In this document: one piece after another, positions 27,301 through 40,681 of the stretch | How positions within the stretch are numbered: position 1 is the stretch's first letter | Layout of the letters: each line of letters starts with the position of its first letter | Origin: Tubiluchus corallicola | Taxonomy: Eukaryota > Animalia > Priapulida | Direction: 5' to 3' | Assembly: GCA_030141605.1 (NCBI GenBank) | Contig: JAQGDQ010000107.1 | Coordinates: 494,265 to 558,264, forward strand | DNA: 64,000 nt | Notes under the pieces: generated by a model | Database searches by the model: none | Seen by the model: the letters and a program-made list of their open reading frames with translations, nothing else | What the model was told of the DNA's origin: nothing | Program-made: the position numbers and the translations under genes

Positions 27301-29213
27301 GTCACGACAATGAGATAAAGCAAAGTGTTAAAGTCTTATTGTGTGAAGCTAACCCTTCGAAGTCAGAAGCTACTGACAGGCTTATGGAATATTATAGTAG
27401 CTTCTACAAACTTAAAAAAAGCAGTCACGTGGTTTTTGCGAGTGAAAGCCATTTTGAAGAACAAAATCGCAAAGATCCCATCCTCTCAATGCTATAATAC
27501 AGAGATTTCTGTTTCAGAGTTGGAGCAAGCGGAAAGGGCGATTCTCGGCTATATCCAACGCCAACACTTTACTCAGGAATACAAAACTTTATCTGCAGGA
27601 CAAGCTGTCTCCAAATCGAGCAAGATAGCAAAGTTAAATCCTGTCCTGTCCAAGGACAACCTCATTGTTGTTGGAGGGCGACTTAGAAATGCAGCGCTAC
27701 CTGAAGCTGCCAAACATCCTGCAGTACTTCCTAAAGAGCATCATGTTTCAACCTTAATAATCCGTCATTACCATGAAACATGTGCTCTCGTTAGTTCGCT
27801 CTGCTTACTGGATTATTCGAGGACGGACACTTACAAAGAAACTATTAAAAGATTGTTGTAAGTGCCGTCGTCTCTATGCACCCCTGGAGAGCCAAAAAAT
27901 GGCAGATTTGCCAGCTGATCGTGTAGAAGGAACTCACGCTTTCGAATGTGTAGGTGTAGACTGCTTCGGAACCTTTTATGTTGTCAGAGGGCGTGCAAAA
28001 GCTAAGCGATATGGCTGCATTTTTACTTGCACCACCACTAGAGCAGTTCACCTAGAGATTCTACACACCCCCTTTAAATAATATAGGTACAAATTTTGTT
28101 GGCGCCCAAAAGGAGCTTCAGAATTCTATAACCGAATGGAACCAAAGTCAAATTCAAAGCACTCTACGTCAGAAAAATATAGAATGGATTTTCAACCCTG
28201 CTTCAGCTAGCCATTTTGGGGGCTTCTTTGAGCGCATGATTAGAAGTGTAAGGAAAGTTTTAGTCAGTATCTTGGAACAGCAAACACTGGATGACGAAAG
28301 ACTTAGTACACTATTCTGTCTAGTAGAGACCATTTTAAATAGCCGGCCCCTTACCATTGTTCCAGAAGATCCAAATGACTTAGAAGCTCTGACACCAAAC
28401 CATTTGTTGCTGCTTCGACCAAATCCCACACTGCCGCCTGGCAACTTCAAAGTAAAGGACCAATACAAAAAGAAGTGGCGCCAAGTCCAGTACATGGCAG
28501 ACTTATTCTGGACAAGATGGTATCGTGAATACTTGCCAACGTTGCAACTGCGAACAAAATGGTTACGAAGCAAAGAAAATCTGAAAGTTGGAGACATAGT
28601 TTTGGTAAGCGATAATGTCCAACGAAGCCTGTGGATACTTGGGCGAATTACAGATGTCAAGACAAGTGATGATGGATGCGTCCGCTCTGCAACCATAAAG
28701 ACCAAAAGTACGCTTCTAACCCGGCCTATACACAAATTATGTTTAATTGAAAAAGCAGATTAATTTTGTTATTCCTTTAGTGGGAAATGGCACTCAAGTC
28801 CCATTTAAAGGGGGTGTGTTAAGGTCAGTTTCTGGCCTTAACATGTAGGTGGCAGCACCTATGGAACTTACCTGTAATTTTTACCTGTGAGGTGGTAAAT
28901 TGGGTGCCTCGCTAAACACGCTGACACAAGGCTCAGCAAATGTTAAGTAATGTTTGATAATGTTTAACTATAGTGTCTCTACCTGATTTGCCGTTAACCT
29001 GTACAACGTTTTCAAGAATTTATTAAGTTTATAGCCGCACGATGTAAGTAACATTTAATTTAATATCTTAAATTATAATAATCAATTTATTATACATTTG
29101 TATGCAGTGAGAAGCTGTCAAATTTATTATTTTCATTTTTTGTATATACAGAACTAAAGATTTCTGAGACACACTATGCCATGAAGGAAATTCTTTGTGT
29201 TCCCGTCACAACA
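24304..29213 (+). mobile_element. 5'-truncated, decayed BEL/Pao LTR retrotransposon (partial gag-PR-RT-RNase H-IN) with a putative 3' LTR (28817 to about 29213)
   Basis: Three Zn knuckles at about 24575-24770; protease ALLDPGS; RT ADIQSMF...FYVDD; Pao RNase H HHFSDAS...LPRLEL; integrase CVGVDCFG and LTPNHLL; purine tract AAAGGGGG then TGTT; frameshifts near 26550, 27420 and 27780. The LTR end is tentative. Confidence 0.93.
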
Positions 29214-29934
29214 TTCATCAACTAAATTGTATTATTTTAAAAGATACCTTAAACCAATTTTAGGCCTTTGCATGCAATACATATCATGCAATGTGTATTG
29301 TATAAATTTACCTGTACTGCGTCTAGCATCAAGTCAGAAAAATTTATTTATTTTATGGCAGCTTCATTAACATTTCATAAACATAAAGCAGAATATACTG
29401 GAAAAAAACAGTTGCATTAAAAAACGTAGTCAGAACAATAGATATTTTATCATGTGGAAGCGGGTTTTCTGTTGAACTTATAAACCAAGACACGGAGACA
29501 AATATAATTCACAATCTTAATCATTCACTATTTCAATAATCACATTCGCAATACAGCAATAATAAAATAATTACTGTTGTCCAGGCGGTGCCTAAAATGA
29601 TTACTTGTATAGGAAAACTACTGTCATTATTATGTCAAAACACATCTTGGCAATATAATTTCTAAAGTATCATTCCATGAACACTAATAACAACTTTAAG
29701 AACAAAGCGATTATACTGCCAAATGTCCTTGGAGATTCAAATTTGACGTTCCGTGGTGGGCACCTTGAGTTGTATTTGAAGTAGTTTACATATGGCCTAC
29801 AATTCACTTTGAAATTGGGCAAATAACATGCTGTTTCCTTTCCTGCCACAGTGGTTCTTTACTGGCGGGACATTGAATTCATACAGCTATATTGAATTCA
29901 TACCGGACATCATATTTAATGCTCCATTCCCCGT

Positions 29935-30410
29935 TTATGGGGATTTAAGTAATCCTTTCGACAGTTTAAATCACACACTACTATGTTGGGAAAATTTGAA
30001 GAAACTTGGATTCGAACAATCAGCATTAAAATTAGTTAATGATTACCTACAAAATAGAAAGCAGCGGGTTAAAATAAAATACAACATTCTCAGATTGGGC
30101 TAACATTCAAGAAGGTATCCCACAGGGTACACTGTTGGGACCTCTACTGTTTAACCTTTTTATGTACAATATTTCTAACGTTCTACCACATTCAAGTATT
30201 ACGCAATGTGCAGGCGACACGACGATTTATCTGGCTCACGAGAACATCAGCATTGCAAAACACTACTTAGAAAAAGAGATAAAGACTATCAACATGGCAT
30301 TTAATTATTACAAGTTAAAAATGAACAGTGATAAAAAGGAATTTATGGTATTATCCCCAACAATTAACAATACTGAAAATACAGCTGCTATGTCCCTTAC
30401 AAATAGAAAA
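29935..30410 (+). mobile_element. Degraded CR1/L2-group LINE reverse-transcriptase fragment
   Basis: DLSNPFDSLNH...YLQNRKQRVK...GIPQGTLLGPLLFNLFM...TQCAGDTTIY, a decayed DLSKAFD / GVPQGSVLGPLLF / YADD series. Confidence 0.85.
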
Positions 30411-30465
30411 TAAGTTGGACAACATGCTTACGTGGGAAGAACAGTTTATCAATATTTATAAAAAA

Positions 30466-30466
30466 T

Positions 30467-30557
<91 letters not shown>
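30466..30557. repeat. (TG)n(GA)n microsatellite
   Basis: Direct reading. Confidence 0.95.
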
Positions 30558-30560
<3 letters not shown>

Positions 30561-30783
30561 GCACTGGCAGATGTGCGGGCATGAAAGTGCGTGTAGTTTT
30601 ATCATAGTGCATTGTGTCTTTGTAGTTTATCTTTTAGTTTTGAATTTCTAGTTTGCACTTATAGTTTAGCTTGCACTAGACACATTTGCCCAGAACAGTG
30701 AATATTTTTGTTTGAACTAACACTGATTGTCTGTCTTTTTTATTATGATGGTCAATGTTTTTAAAAAGGCAAAATAAAGAATA

Positions 30784-31119
<336 letters not shown>

Positions 31120-33769
31120 ATGCATTTATCTTTACGGCACAATAAGACTCTTCTATTAGCTGTTGCTTTGGGATTATTTAATGTAGAATCAATTCGCGCT
31201 TTTAACTTGTGAGTTCCAAATTTTCAGTACTGGTAGTGGTTAATGACTGTATTCATGATAGCCATTAGTAAACTTATTTTTATTTTAAAATTTTATCCAG
31301 TTGCTACATCTTTGAACTCTCCAAATATAATATCTTTGTCCGAATCGAGCTTTAACATAATAACATAGTTAATCAGAATTACCTACTGGATAACAGACAA
31401 CTAAAAACAAAGAAAATTTCGTTCTGAAAAGGAGTTAAATATTAGCATGTTTCCTTGTCTGTTGTTTCATGCAGCCATCTGTTATGTTTAGCTGCTCAGA
31501 ACAAATATGAAAGAAGAGACATTTATTAAGAAAAGTATTACTTTGCAGCTAAATGTACCTCTTTAGGTGTTGTTATTTATATGCTACATCCAAAATGACA
31601 TTTAGACATTAGGACTGATCCGCCAGTTTATGTTCAAGATGATGAAAATAAGATAATTTTTGAAAAAAGTTATCTGGCTGTTCAAATTCGTAATGGATTT
31701 TCATTAAACTTATAGGTTTACATAACACCTAGAACAAGATATGCGTACATTGACTGTGTCGGATTTTATATTTGCCATTTTGAATTCTACATTTCAGCAA
31801 ATAACATCATTCTAGAAAAAAGTCAATTTTGGCTTGATCAATTTTCACTGGATCATTATGAAACCAAACACGAATATAGTACTACGAATTCTGGATTGAC
31901 TGCGCGAGTCTGACTTTTTATTTTCCATCTTAAATTAAAGAACGTGGTATCCACAACATTTCTAATCCACGATCTTGAGATCAGCGGGTCCTTCGGCCAA
32001 TTGAGTTGAACTTGTTTGGTTGCAGTTTTCCCGGATAGAGGATCCGTACCCACACCTCTAGTCAGCGCCTTAAAATTATACTAGGATAACACAGGTTCTC
32101 TTATATGTTGATACATTTGAAGTTAAGTACAAAATCTTTATTAAAGTAAGAAAGTTCAGATCCAGAACACACCTCTAACCACATTGTAACTTCAATAATT
32201 AAAGACAGCCGTAATAATAATAATAAAATGGCTGGCATCTCGACAGTAACATCCCAGTACACACACACTTAAAATCATTTTGATGAACCTAAAAGCTTAC
32301 CAGACTTCTGAAACAGAGTACCACTTTAGTACCTATATTGTGCAATAAGATTTTATAACAATTTTGCTTTGACTTTATCATTTTAACTGTCGTAATCATG
32401 ATTTTTTGAACAATGTTTGTTGTAAACGTCAAATAACAGCACACAAAGAGTTGCATTTACCTGCAATGTAAATAGTTCTCGTAAATAAATGTTCTTTCTT
32501 GCATGTTTGTGCTGAGCATAGAATAGAACATTGCTGGAGGAGATAACAGATATAGATAAGATGGATAAGAGAAAGTAATATTTGCTGTTTTTCATAATGA
32601 AGTTTTCTTTGCATTTTGTCATATGTTTTTGTATTCTGTTCATAATTTGCTTCGAGTGAAGATATTTGTGTTATACAACGGATTTTTTAATTGCGTTTCT
32701 TCCCTTAAAAATAATTTGAAATTGTCCTTGGTTCGTTCGTTTATCATTTTTACATTTACACTTCGGCTAATTTCAAATTCCCTGATTTAGATATATGTTC
32801 ATACGTTAAAACTAGAGATTTACTGTATACTTTGAATCCATACTGCGTATTTTACATAACCTTGAAAATTTGTAGTTAGTATGCATGTTTACCTACAAAA
32901 ATGTTATTACCTTGTAAGGCAAATGTTCTACTGACAGATATATACACGTTTTTCTCTGTTATTCTTGCTCTTCATTATTTTATTGCTTGATTGGTATTAT
33001 ATAATTGCCTTTTCTTATTGTGCTCAATTTTACTTATTGCATCGATTTTTCTAGTCACAGTAAATGTTATAATTTATGATGTTTTGATTTGACTTTGCAG
33101 AGAATAAATTAAATTATTTTGCAGACGCATGATATTTGTTAAATGTAAATATATGATCTCATCGATTATATTTGTTCTTGTTCAGTTTTCAGAGTTTATT
33201 GTTGGAATAGTAAAGCCCTTGTGATTGTGATTTAATTGTTCTAGTTTTTCTTTATGTTTTCATGTTGTAATGTATGTTATAGTACCATTCACAGTACAAA
33301 ACGAACCTGTTTGGACGAAAAGGAATCAATTAGTCATTTAATTACAGCAAATCCTCATCATTTATCAGAATTTCTAAAATATTAAGATTAAGCTTTTATG
33401 TGTTTAATAAATTTATAGTAATTATGTTTATGCAAAATGTCTATTTTTATTGATCTTTATCATTTCTTTATAAACTCCAGTACCGAGTTTTAAAGCAAAA
33501 AAATTCAGATCCGTAACCGGATCTCTTGTAAATCAATTCAGTTAGAGAGAACTAAAGGTGACTCTTTTCACCTTTCATAAATTTAGTTTAGGCAAGAATT
33601 AAGGGAAAATATTGCACGTTGCTCTGTGAGCTTGCAGAAAAAGTTTTCAATTGCTTATGCCGTTTGTTTTTCATGCGGGTTGTTCATTTATTTGCATAAT
33701 AAAGTTAACCATTTACATGTTAATTGGGCAGCTTACGTGCAAATAAAAATTTAAAGGTCGTTTCAAAAG

Positions 33770-33876
33770 TATAAAACCTTTGACTTTCTTGACAGTTTTA
33801 GTTGCTGTCAAGAGGGAGCAGTCATTTTTGCCACACGCTGTTGGTCATTACGAACTGTAAGCATATCTATACACAG
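33770..33876 (+). promoter_or_regulatory. Putative core promoter and non-coding first exon of the cholinesterase-like gene
   Basis: TATAAAA at 33770, Inr-like TTAGTT about 30 bp downstream, strong donor ACAG|GTAAGA at 33876; matching acceptor tatttcag| at 35118, 12 nt before the ATG. Confidence 0.55.
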
Positions 33877-35130
33877 GTAAGAGTATTCACCTGTCCTAAC
33901 TCGACTGTAATATTCCAGCTCAATTGATGTAGTGTTTTTTGTTTTTTCTCGTTTCTATTAAAAAATAAAAGACCATTTTACAATGCTGCACTTAACTGAA
34001 AACTGCAATCAGTATAATTACGTTAGTCGGACAATTAAACCACTTTACCCGAATTTTAAATTTTAAATTTTCTATGCTCAATCAAATAAACTGCTCCATC
34101 TTAATAATAATTTGCCCATTTTATCATTGTTAATTTTGCAGTTCTGGACTTTACTGGACAGTACCGGATTTAGTTATACTGTATACATGAATCTAGTTTG
34201 GCAGCTTACTAATTTATATGGCGTTCTTTCAAACTTATAAAATTGCCATTAATTAAACTAAACTGCGCGAAACAATTGGTTTACAACAATCTATACTTAT
34301 ATCATGCGTTTCCATAAAGCAACTTTAACATTTTGTCGATATGTCTGTTATATGTATCAAAATGTGACTGTTATATTGTGAAAACTACTTATATAATTGT
34401 AACTCTCATGTTAATATTCAAGCAAATAAACCTGAGCAGTAATTTATGCCATGCGGTGTTTAGTCAGTTAGTATGTCAGTTAGTTTAGCATCCTGGCTGT
34501 GGAGTTTTGAGAAAAGATTAAAATCTACAACACCTCTTTTATTTTTCTGAATGTCAAATTAAAAGGCACTGACCATTAATTAAGGTTAGTAAGTGCTACA
34601 CGGAGGACCCATTTAATCGCTTGAAATGATCCATGTTCAGAGTTGCGAGGTACGCAGTACGGAATGACACTCCAGAGACTGTAAGTTGCTCGATTTTGTA
34701 TGCGCTAATCTGAGGCCAGCAGGGCAGTTAATTAATAATATCTTTTGCTGCTGATGCATTGTCATTTACATTATTATCATGAGAAGAGCGACTAATTCCT
34801 CCAAGCAAAATTAAAATACACCTCCCATACTAGAACCATCTACTTAGACTCCCCCCCCCCCGCCATAGGCTACCTGCAAACTTGCCACTGCCTGGAGTTG
34901 ACTGGTAGGTTTCATTCACTAGAACAGGAAGTCAAGTAGTCATCCTGTGTCTACCATAGATTAAGTAGATTATCCCTAATTGACAGATTGTTATAATCAT
35001 TACTAATTATACAGTTAAGCATAGGTGAGTAGTCATGGCCACCTGTACAACAAGATACTTGGCGAAATTCCTTACAAAATCATTTCTAAATGAATTATCA
35101 TTTTGCGTCTTATTTCAGGTTTGTTTCACC

Positions 35131-36632
35131 ATGCAGAGTCGTTGGGTTTTGTTCTGCATCATGAGTTTCATTTTTACATTTGCATCAGGGAAACGGGTCA
35201 ACAGAAATGGCCTTGTTGTCAAAACGACCACTGGCAAGGTGAAAGGTTTCATGCAGGATGCTTTAAACAAAAAAGTGCGTACATTTCTAGGTATCCCTTA
35301 TGCTGAACCCCCAGTTGGAAACTTACGATTTGCAAAACCAGCGCCTGTGAAAATGTGGAAAGGAATAAAATTAGCAAGAACGCCCCACAATTCCTGCTTC
35401 CAATTGAATGACACCTTCACTGCTGTTTTGGGAGAAGAGATGAAAGTTAATGATCTTACTACTCCAGTAAGTGAAGATTGTCTATATCTAAATGTGTTTA
35501 CTCCAGAAAATGCAAGAGGTTTGCCAACAGTTGTTTTAATTCATGGCGGTGGTTTTGTAATGGGAGCAGCAAATACAAAACTTATGGATGGAACAATTCT
35601 TTCTGCATTTGCCAACATGATTGTAGTCACCATCAACTATAGAGTTGGACCTTTTGGTTTTCTGTTTCTGAATAACACAGAATCACCTGGAAATCAAGGT
35701 TTGTTGGATCAGGTTTTGGCACTTGAGTGGATAAAGGATAATATTGAATCTTTTGGTGGGGACAAAGGTAAACTTACAATTGATGGACACCTACTTGATG
35801 GATTGGCAGTTGGATATCATCTCATGTCCCCACTTAGCAAAGGTTTGTTTTCTTCTGCCATTCTGCGTACTGCATTTCCCAATGAGTGGAAAAACAATCC
35901 AACTTATGATAAACCTGAAAATGCCCTCGCTTTTGGCAGAAGCATTGCAGCTGCACTTGGATGCGTTGAAGATGATGACGTCAGTATATCTTGCATGAGA
36001 GAAGTCAATGCTTCTGTATTAACTGCTTTACAATTTACATTACCGTTATCTGCTGGACTACCTGATCAGGGTGTGAGGCCTACGCTTGATGGTAACTTTC
36101 TCGTAACACCACCAGCGAGTGCCAGTAAATTTGCAAATGCTGATGTACCAGTTATGATTTCTGTCACAAAAAATGCAGGCGCTATGCTCCTGCGAGAAAC
36201 TGAGATGGAGATTTTCCCCACTCAAGACCTACCTAACTGCAGCTACACTGACTATGTCGCCACTTTCAATAATGCTTTTAAAGATTATGATGAAGTCGTC
36301 CAAAATATTGTACTCAATGCATACCTTGAATATCCTTTTGGAAATGCGGAGTGTATTAGTGCATTGTCACACTATATGGGTGACTTCCACGGCATCTGTC
36401 CATTAACAGAGTTTGCCGTGCACTGGTCAGAGAGGGGTGGTCATGTTTATTGGTCTACGTTTAGCCATCGACCATCTGGCTCACCTTGGCCCGAGTGGTT
36501 TGGAGTAACAGAGGATGATGACGTACCATTTTTTGTGGGACTGCCACTCAAAAATGAACAAGACTTTACGGAGTATGAAAAGAACATCAGCAGATCATTG
36601 ATGACTTACATCCGCAATTTTGCAGAAACCGG
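35131..36632 (+). CDS. Secreted carboxylesterase/cholinesterase-fold protein, predicted non-catalytic; main coding exon
   Basis: Signal-like MQSRWVLFCIMSFIFTFASG; FLGIPYAEPPVGNLRF, SEDCLYLNV, HGGGF, NYRVGPFGFL, GNQGLLDQ; ends NFAETG|gtaat at the usual AChE intron position. Confidence 0.93.
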
Positions 36633-36914
36633 GTAATCCAGGTTTTTTCCTGCTAGTTCTTATACAAAACTAATTTTACTGTTAGATAGAAAGTAGAAGT
36701 CTTGCAAGTCTAACATCTTTTTACTCTAGTAATTAGGCGACGTTTTTTATAGTGTTTTGTCATATTTTTTCCTATTTGCTAAAAGATTCTCCAGAATGAA
36801 ATCACTGACATTTTTGCCACTTTAGCCACGAATAAGTCTGCTAAAAAACTCCCACTAATATTCTGTACTTCAGTTTTGATTTTACTGATATCTTTTACAT
36901 ATTTGTCTTCTCAG

Positions 36915-37087
36915 AAATCCCAATGAAGGTGGAACCAAAAATACTGCTTTCTGGCCAGAGTTCAAATTGGGAGGACGAAAGTACTTGGACATTGGTGATG
37001 AGAAGATTCAGGTGAAGGAAGGTGGTTTCAGGACCAAGCACTGCATTATTTTGAGCAAGGGTGTACCTGCTATACAGTCTGTGATAG
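36915..37087 (+). CDS. Cholinesterase-like gene, second coding exon
   Basis: tctcag|A AAT CCC AAT gives (G)NPNEGGTKNTAFWPEFKLGGRKYLDI...FRTKHC...QSVI G|gtataa; phase-compatible; matches the ChE GNPN...WP.Y...YL...C pattern. Confidence 0.85.
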
Positions 37088-37386
37088 GTATAATTTGACG
37101 CTTTGCACCAGATGGGCATCTCTTTTACTCACCCACTCATTCACTCACTCTCTCAGTCACTCGCTCATTCATTCACTCACTGTCTTTCTTTTCTCTCTGT
37201 ATCACTGTTGTTTGCCACTGTTCTCACATACTGTCATTCTTTCTTTTTTAAAGCGGTCAAAGCTGTTTTTTGTTGCGAAATAAGCCCGTGATTCTGTAAT
37301 CACTGAGTATACTGCAATTCTGAAAACTGATTCAACACTTGATTTAAAAGTCATTCTGTTCTAATGTATTAATATCCCCATTTCAG

Positions 37387-37397
37387 AAGGTATTTGA
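37387..37397 (+). CDS. Probable terminal exon (EGI*) of the cholinesterase-like gene
   Basis: catttcag| acceptor, phase-1 join, then TGA; AATAAA near 37466. Confidence 0.4.
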
Positions 37398-38078
37398 AGG
37401 ATGGACATGCCTGAAGGCAAGCCAGTAGATGTTGTCTGCGACCCCAAAGTACGACATGGAAACTGAATAAAAAACATCAAGCACATGTGTTTACTTTTTA
37501 TTTTTTCGCTACCATAAAATTATTATGTGTGAATAGCAGTTTATCTTGCTTATGCTTTTATACGTGAGTTATAATTATGCGCAGTCAGATCTTTGTCATA
37601 ATATTTTTCTGGGCTGTCATATTTTTTCGTAATTATTAGTCTGGTCTTAGATAAGTGATATAATTTACGTTCTTACGTAAGTGTAACAATGTGAAATATG
37701 CTTTTGTTGTAGACAGCTAACAATAAATTGTTGAACGCATAAAAAACATAACTTCTACGATTACGACAAAGATGCTTGATTTCTGTTAGTAATGATTCTT
37801 TATCAGCAATATCTTTTACTATAAAAACAAAATATTACAGTTTGTACTCACACGTGATCAACAATCTTCAGCGCTTTAGAGACACCGTCTGGAGTCCATT
37901 GAAAATAACAAACATTGTAATAATCAAACTTGCACTTTATGGCAAATTGCAACTGTTAATAAGAACATCTTATAAAACAAACGATGTGAGCAAGAACAAA
38001 ATACAAGGACCTTTAGTAACGGGACATGTCACAGAATAAAAAGAATAAGCCTGAACCCTTGCATAATATAAAAAACAT

Positions 38079-38161
38079 AACTGAATCATTGTCTGGCTTC
38101 AGCAAACTGAATCATTGTCTGGCTTCAGCAAACTGAACCATTGTCTGGCTTCAGCAAACTG
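38079..38161. repeat. 26-bp tandem repeat, 3 copies
   Basis: AACTGAATCATTGTCTGGCTTCAGCA. Confidence 0.9.
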
Positions 38162-40314
38162 CAGTGGTAGCGGCGGTACCTGTAGTTTGGCAACTGTTTA
38201 CAGGTAAATACAGGTGAAAAACAGAGCCGGTTTTGACGTAAATTATCAGGGGCGGAGATGCTGTCTAACTTGGAAACAGAAAGAGACATCTAGCGCAGAG
38301 TAAACGCATCAAATTGTACCGGAAATTTGTATGAAAGAAAAGAATTTTGCATTTTATTCAATGAGCTATGGAAATGCTAAAGTTATAGCTATTATAGTTC
38401 ATCATTATGCCTTAGGCGGGTTGTCACGATGCTTGCCTATTGAGATTTAAATTAACGCAGAGCCTAGCTAGTAATTTGATGGGTGCCCACCATGAAAACT
38501 GCTTCTGGTTGTACTGCTGCCTATAATGTTTTCTCTCGCTAAGGAAGGTGGCTAGTGACACACCTGCCAGTTCATTGGGTCAGTGAATAATCTTAGCAGG
38601 ATGCAAGATTCCGGTCCTGTCTCAACAGCCACAGTTAGTGCTGAATCAAAGTGCTCCACTGTGCTACACTGTATAAGAACACGTGCAAACAATGTACGCG
38701 AATAAATGAGAGAGCATACGAATGAGCGTGAAGAAGAGAGGGAATATCGTCAGGATAAACAAAAGAATGAACAAATAAAGGAGTGAATGAGCACAGAACT
38801 AGAGGAATAAATGACGAGAAAACAAGCAAACAAGGGAACAAACAAACAAACAAACAACAAACAAACACGCATAGCAAACAAATGTACATACATACATACC
38901 CGCAAATATACAAACAAGCAAATAATAGTTGTTTGTGCTGCTTGAATGTTTGTCTGCTTTGCTGCTGGTGGTGGTGGTGGTGGTGGTGGTGGTGGTGGTG
39001 GTGGTGGTGGTTGTGATGGTGCTGCTGCTGGTGGTGGTGGTGGTGGTGGTGGTGGTATATTATTGGCGTATTTAAGGACTCAGTGTTTTAGAATAGTTTA
39101 GTGCAATTATTTTACTTCTGTATAGAAAAGATAAACATTTTTTTCATTTTTTCAAGCTAATACCAGCTGTTACAAGGAACCTAAGTGACAAACCAGTGTA
39201 CAATGCAAACCTGTAATAACACAGCTCACCAAAGTAAATCTTCAAATCATAAAAAAACAAAATGTCTCTGTGGAAATTGTCCATTGGTCCGTGCTGAAGT
39301 CAATTTGTATAAACTCCCCACCGCCAGTACAATTCTTAATTAATAAAATTGTTACTTTGCATTAATTACTAACGTGCGTTACCATGGGAGCAACAGCAGA
39401 GGTATGCTACTAGCTGATTACCTAGAATTCCACCTGTTATTGTTGTTGTTGTCGTCTGCATTCTTATGTTGTTTTTGGTTCATTTTGTTTAAAATCCTGT
39501 GATGTTTTATTATCGTGTTAGTAATAACATCATGTTGTCTGCATATGTACAGCACTTTAGCAGCTGTTAAAATGTTATAAAGTGAGCAAAAACAGTCTTA
39601 AAGATGATCGTGCAGTCATTTACATTGGGTTATCGAATGTACACATTTGCGAGAGAAAGAGCATGGCTGACTATTGCAAATTACTACTTACTTCAACGAT
39701 AGTCAAGGTCAGAGATCAGATATGGAGAACACTCTCTATTTGGCTTCCACCAGAAAAGTGACATAATATACGACACAGTAGATGATAGTACTACATGAGA
39801 CAGTGGTGGACTAGAGCGTCCTGTTAGGACAAGTGTGCACAGAACTGTCTTGAAATTTCTGATCCATTCGTGCCAAACAAAACCGCTCTAACAGACAATA
39901 TTAAAGGTTCATTGTTAGGAACAACATTTTAGCACATATCATTAAAATAGGTAACAGCAATAGAGAAATCTACAAAGTTAGAGAACTAGCGGTTATCCCA
40001 GCTAACCAGACACTTCATTCAATTTTTTATCACATTTCAAATATTATGAACTCTGTGGATTGAAAGCACGCAGTATAGCTTAGTTTACTGAATACCACGA
40101 GCTACTGTTAGTCATTTCGTAATGTTATCAGATCGAGTGATATTCTTACTGTTTAGAAATGTAATTTGTGGAGGAAAATTTACTTAAATAATTACCTGAG
40201 CGGCCTGTCGGAGGACATTGTGACGAGCAAGACGTCTTCAGAGATGTGAAGCAACAACTTTTCAACTATCCTGAATGAGGTGCCAGATCACGTATACAAT
40301 CCATTGAGGGTGAG

Positions 40315-40681
40315 ATGTGTACCCGTTTATTGCACCCTTACCAAGGATGCCTTCATGCCATAGTTGCTCCGGACAAATACATCTGCGTTGTCGTCTTCTG
40401 CGTTCTTCTGACACTTGTGACCACTTGTAGTGTTCTGGTACCAGCGGTCAAAAATAACTGGGAGTTGGTCAGTTACAACAGAGACGTATTGTACGAAATG
40501 ACCAACAGCTCTGTGGGTCCTGACGGTCATTTATTTGTGGCTGTTGTTGAAGAGACTAACAACATGATCGTAATAAAAGAAACAAGAATGAATGAGAATA
40601 ATACCATTGCGAATAGTACAAGTTTCGTTTTCTTGATAAACATGGCAGGCGGACTGTGGAAAATCTGTGATACTTTAACAG
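40315..40681 (+). CDS. Claudin/PMP22-superfamily tetraspan protein, exon with TM1 and the first extracellular loop
   Basis: Hydrophobic segment, then NNW...GGLWKIC (W-GLW-C signature); donor ACAG|gtaaaa. Confidence 0.75.

Noticed and set aside
35035-35130. Upstream ATG of the 533-aa ORF
   Set aside because: It lies before a clear splice acceptor at 35118; the ATG at 35131 begins a signal peptide.
38480-38672. Possible tRNA-derived SINE or tRNA on the minus strand
   Set aside because: An A-box-like TAGCACAGTGG is present, but there is no convincing B box or cloverleaf.
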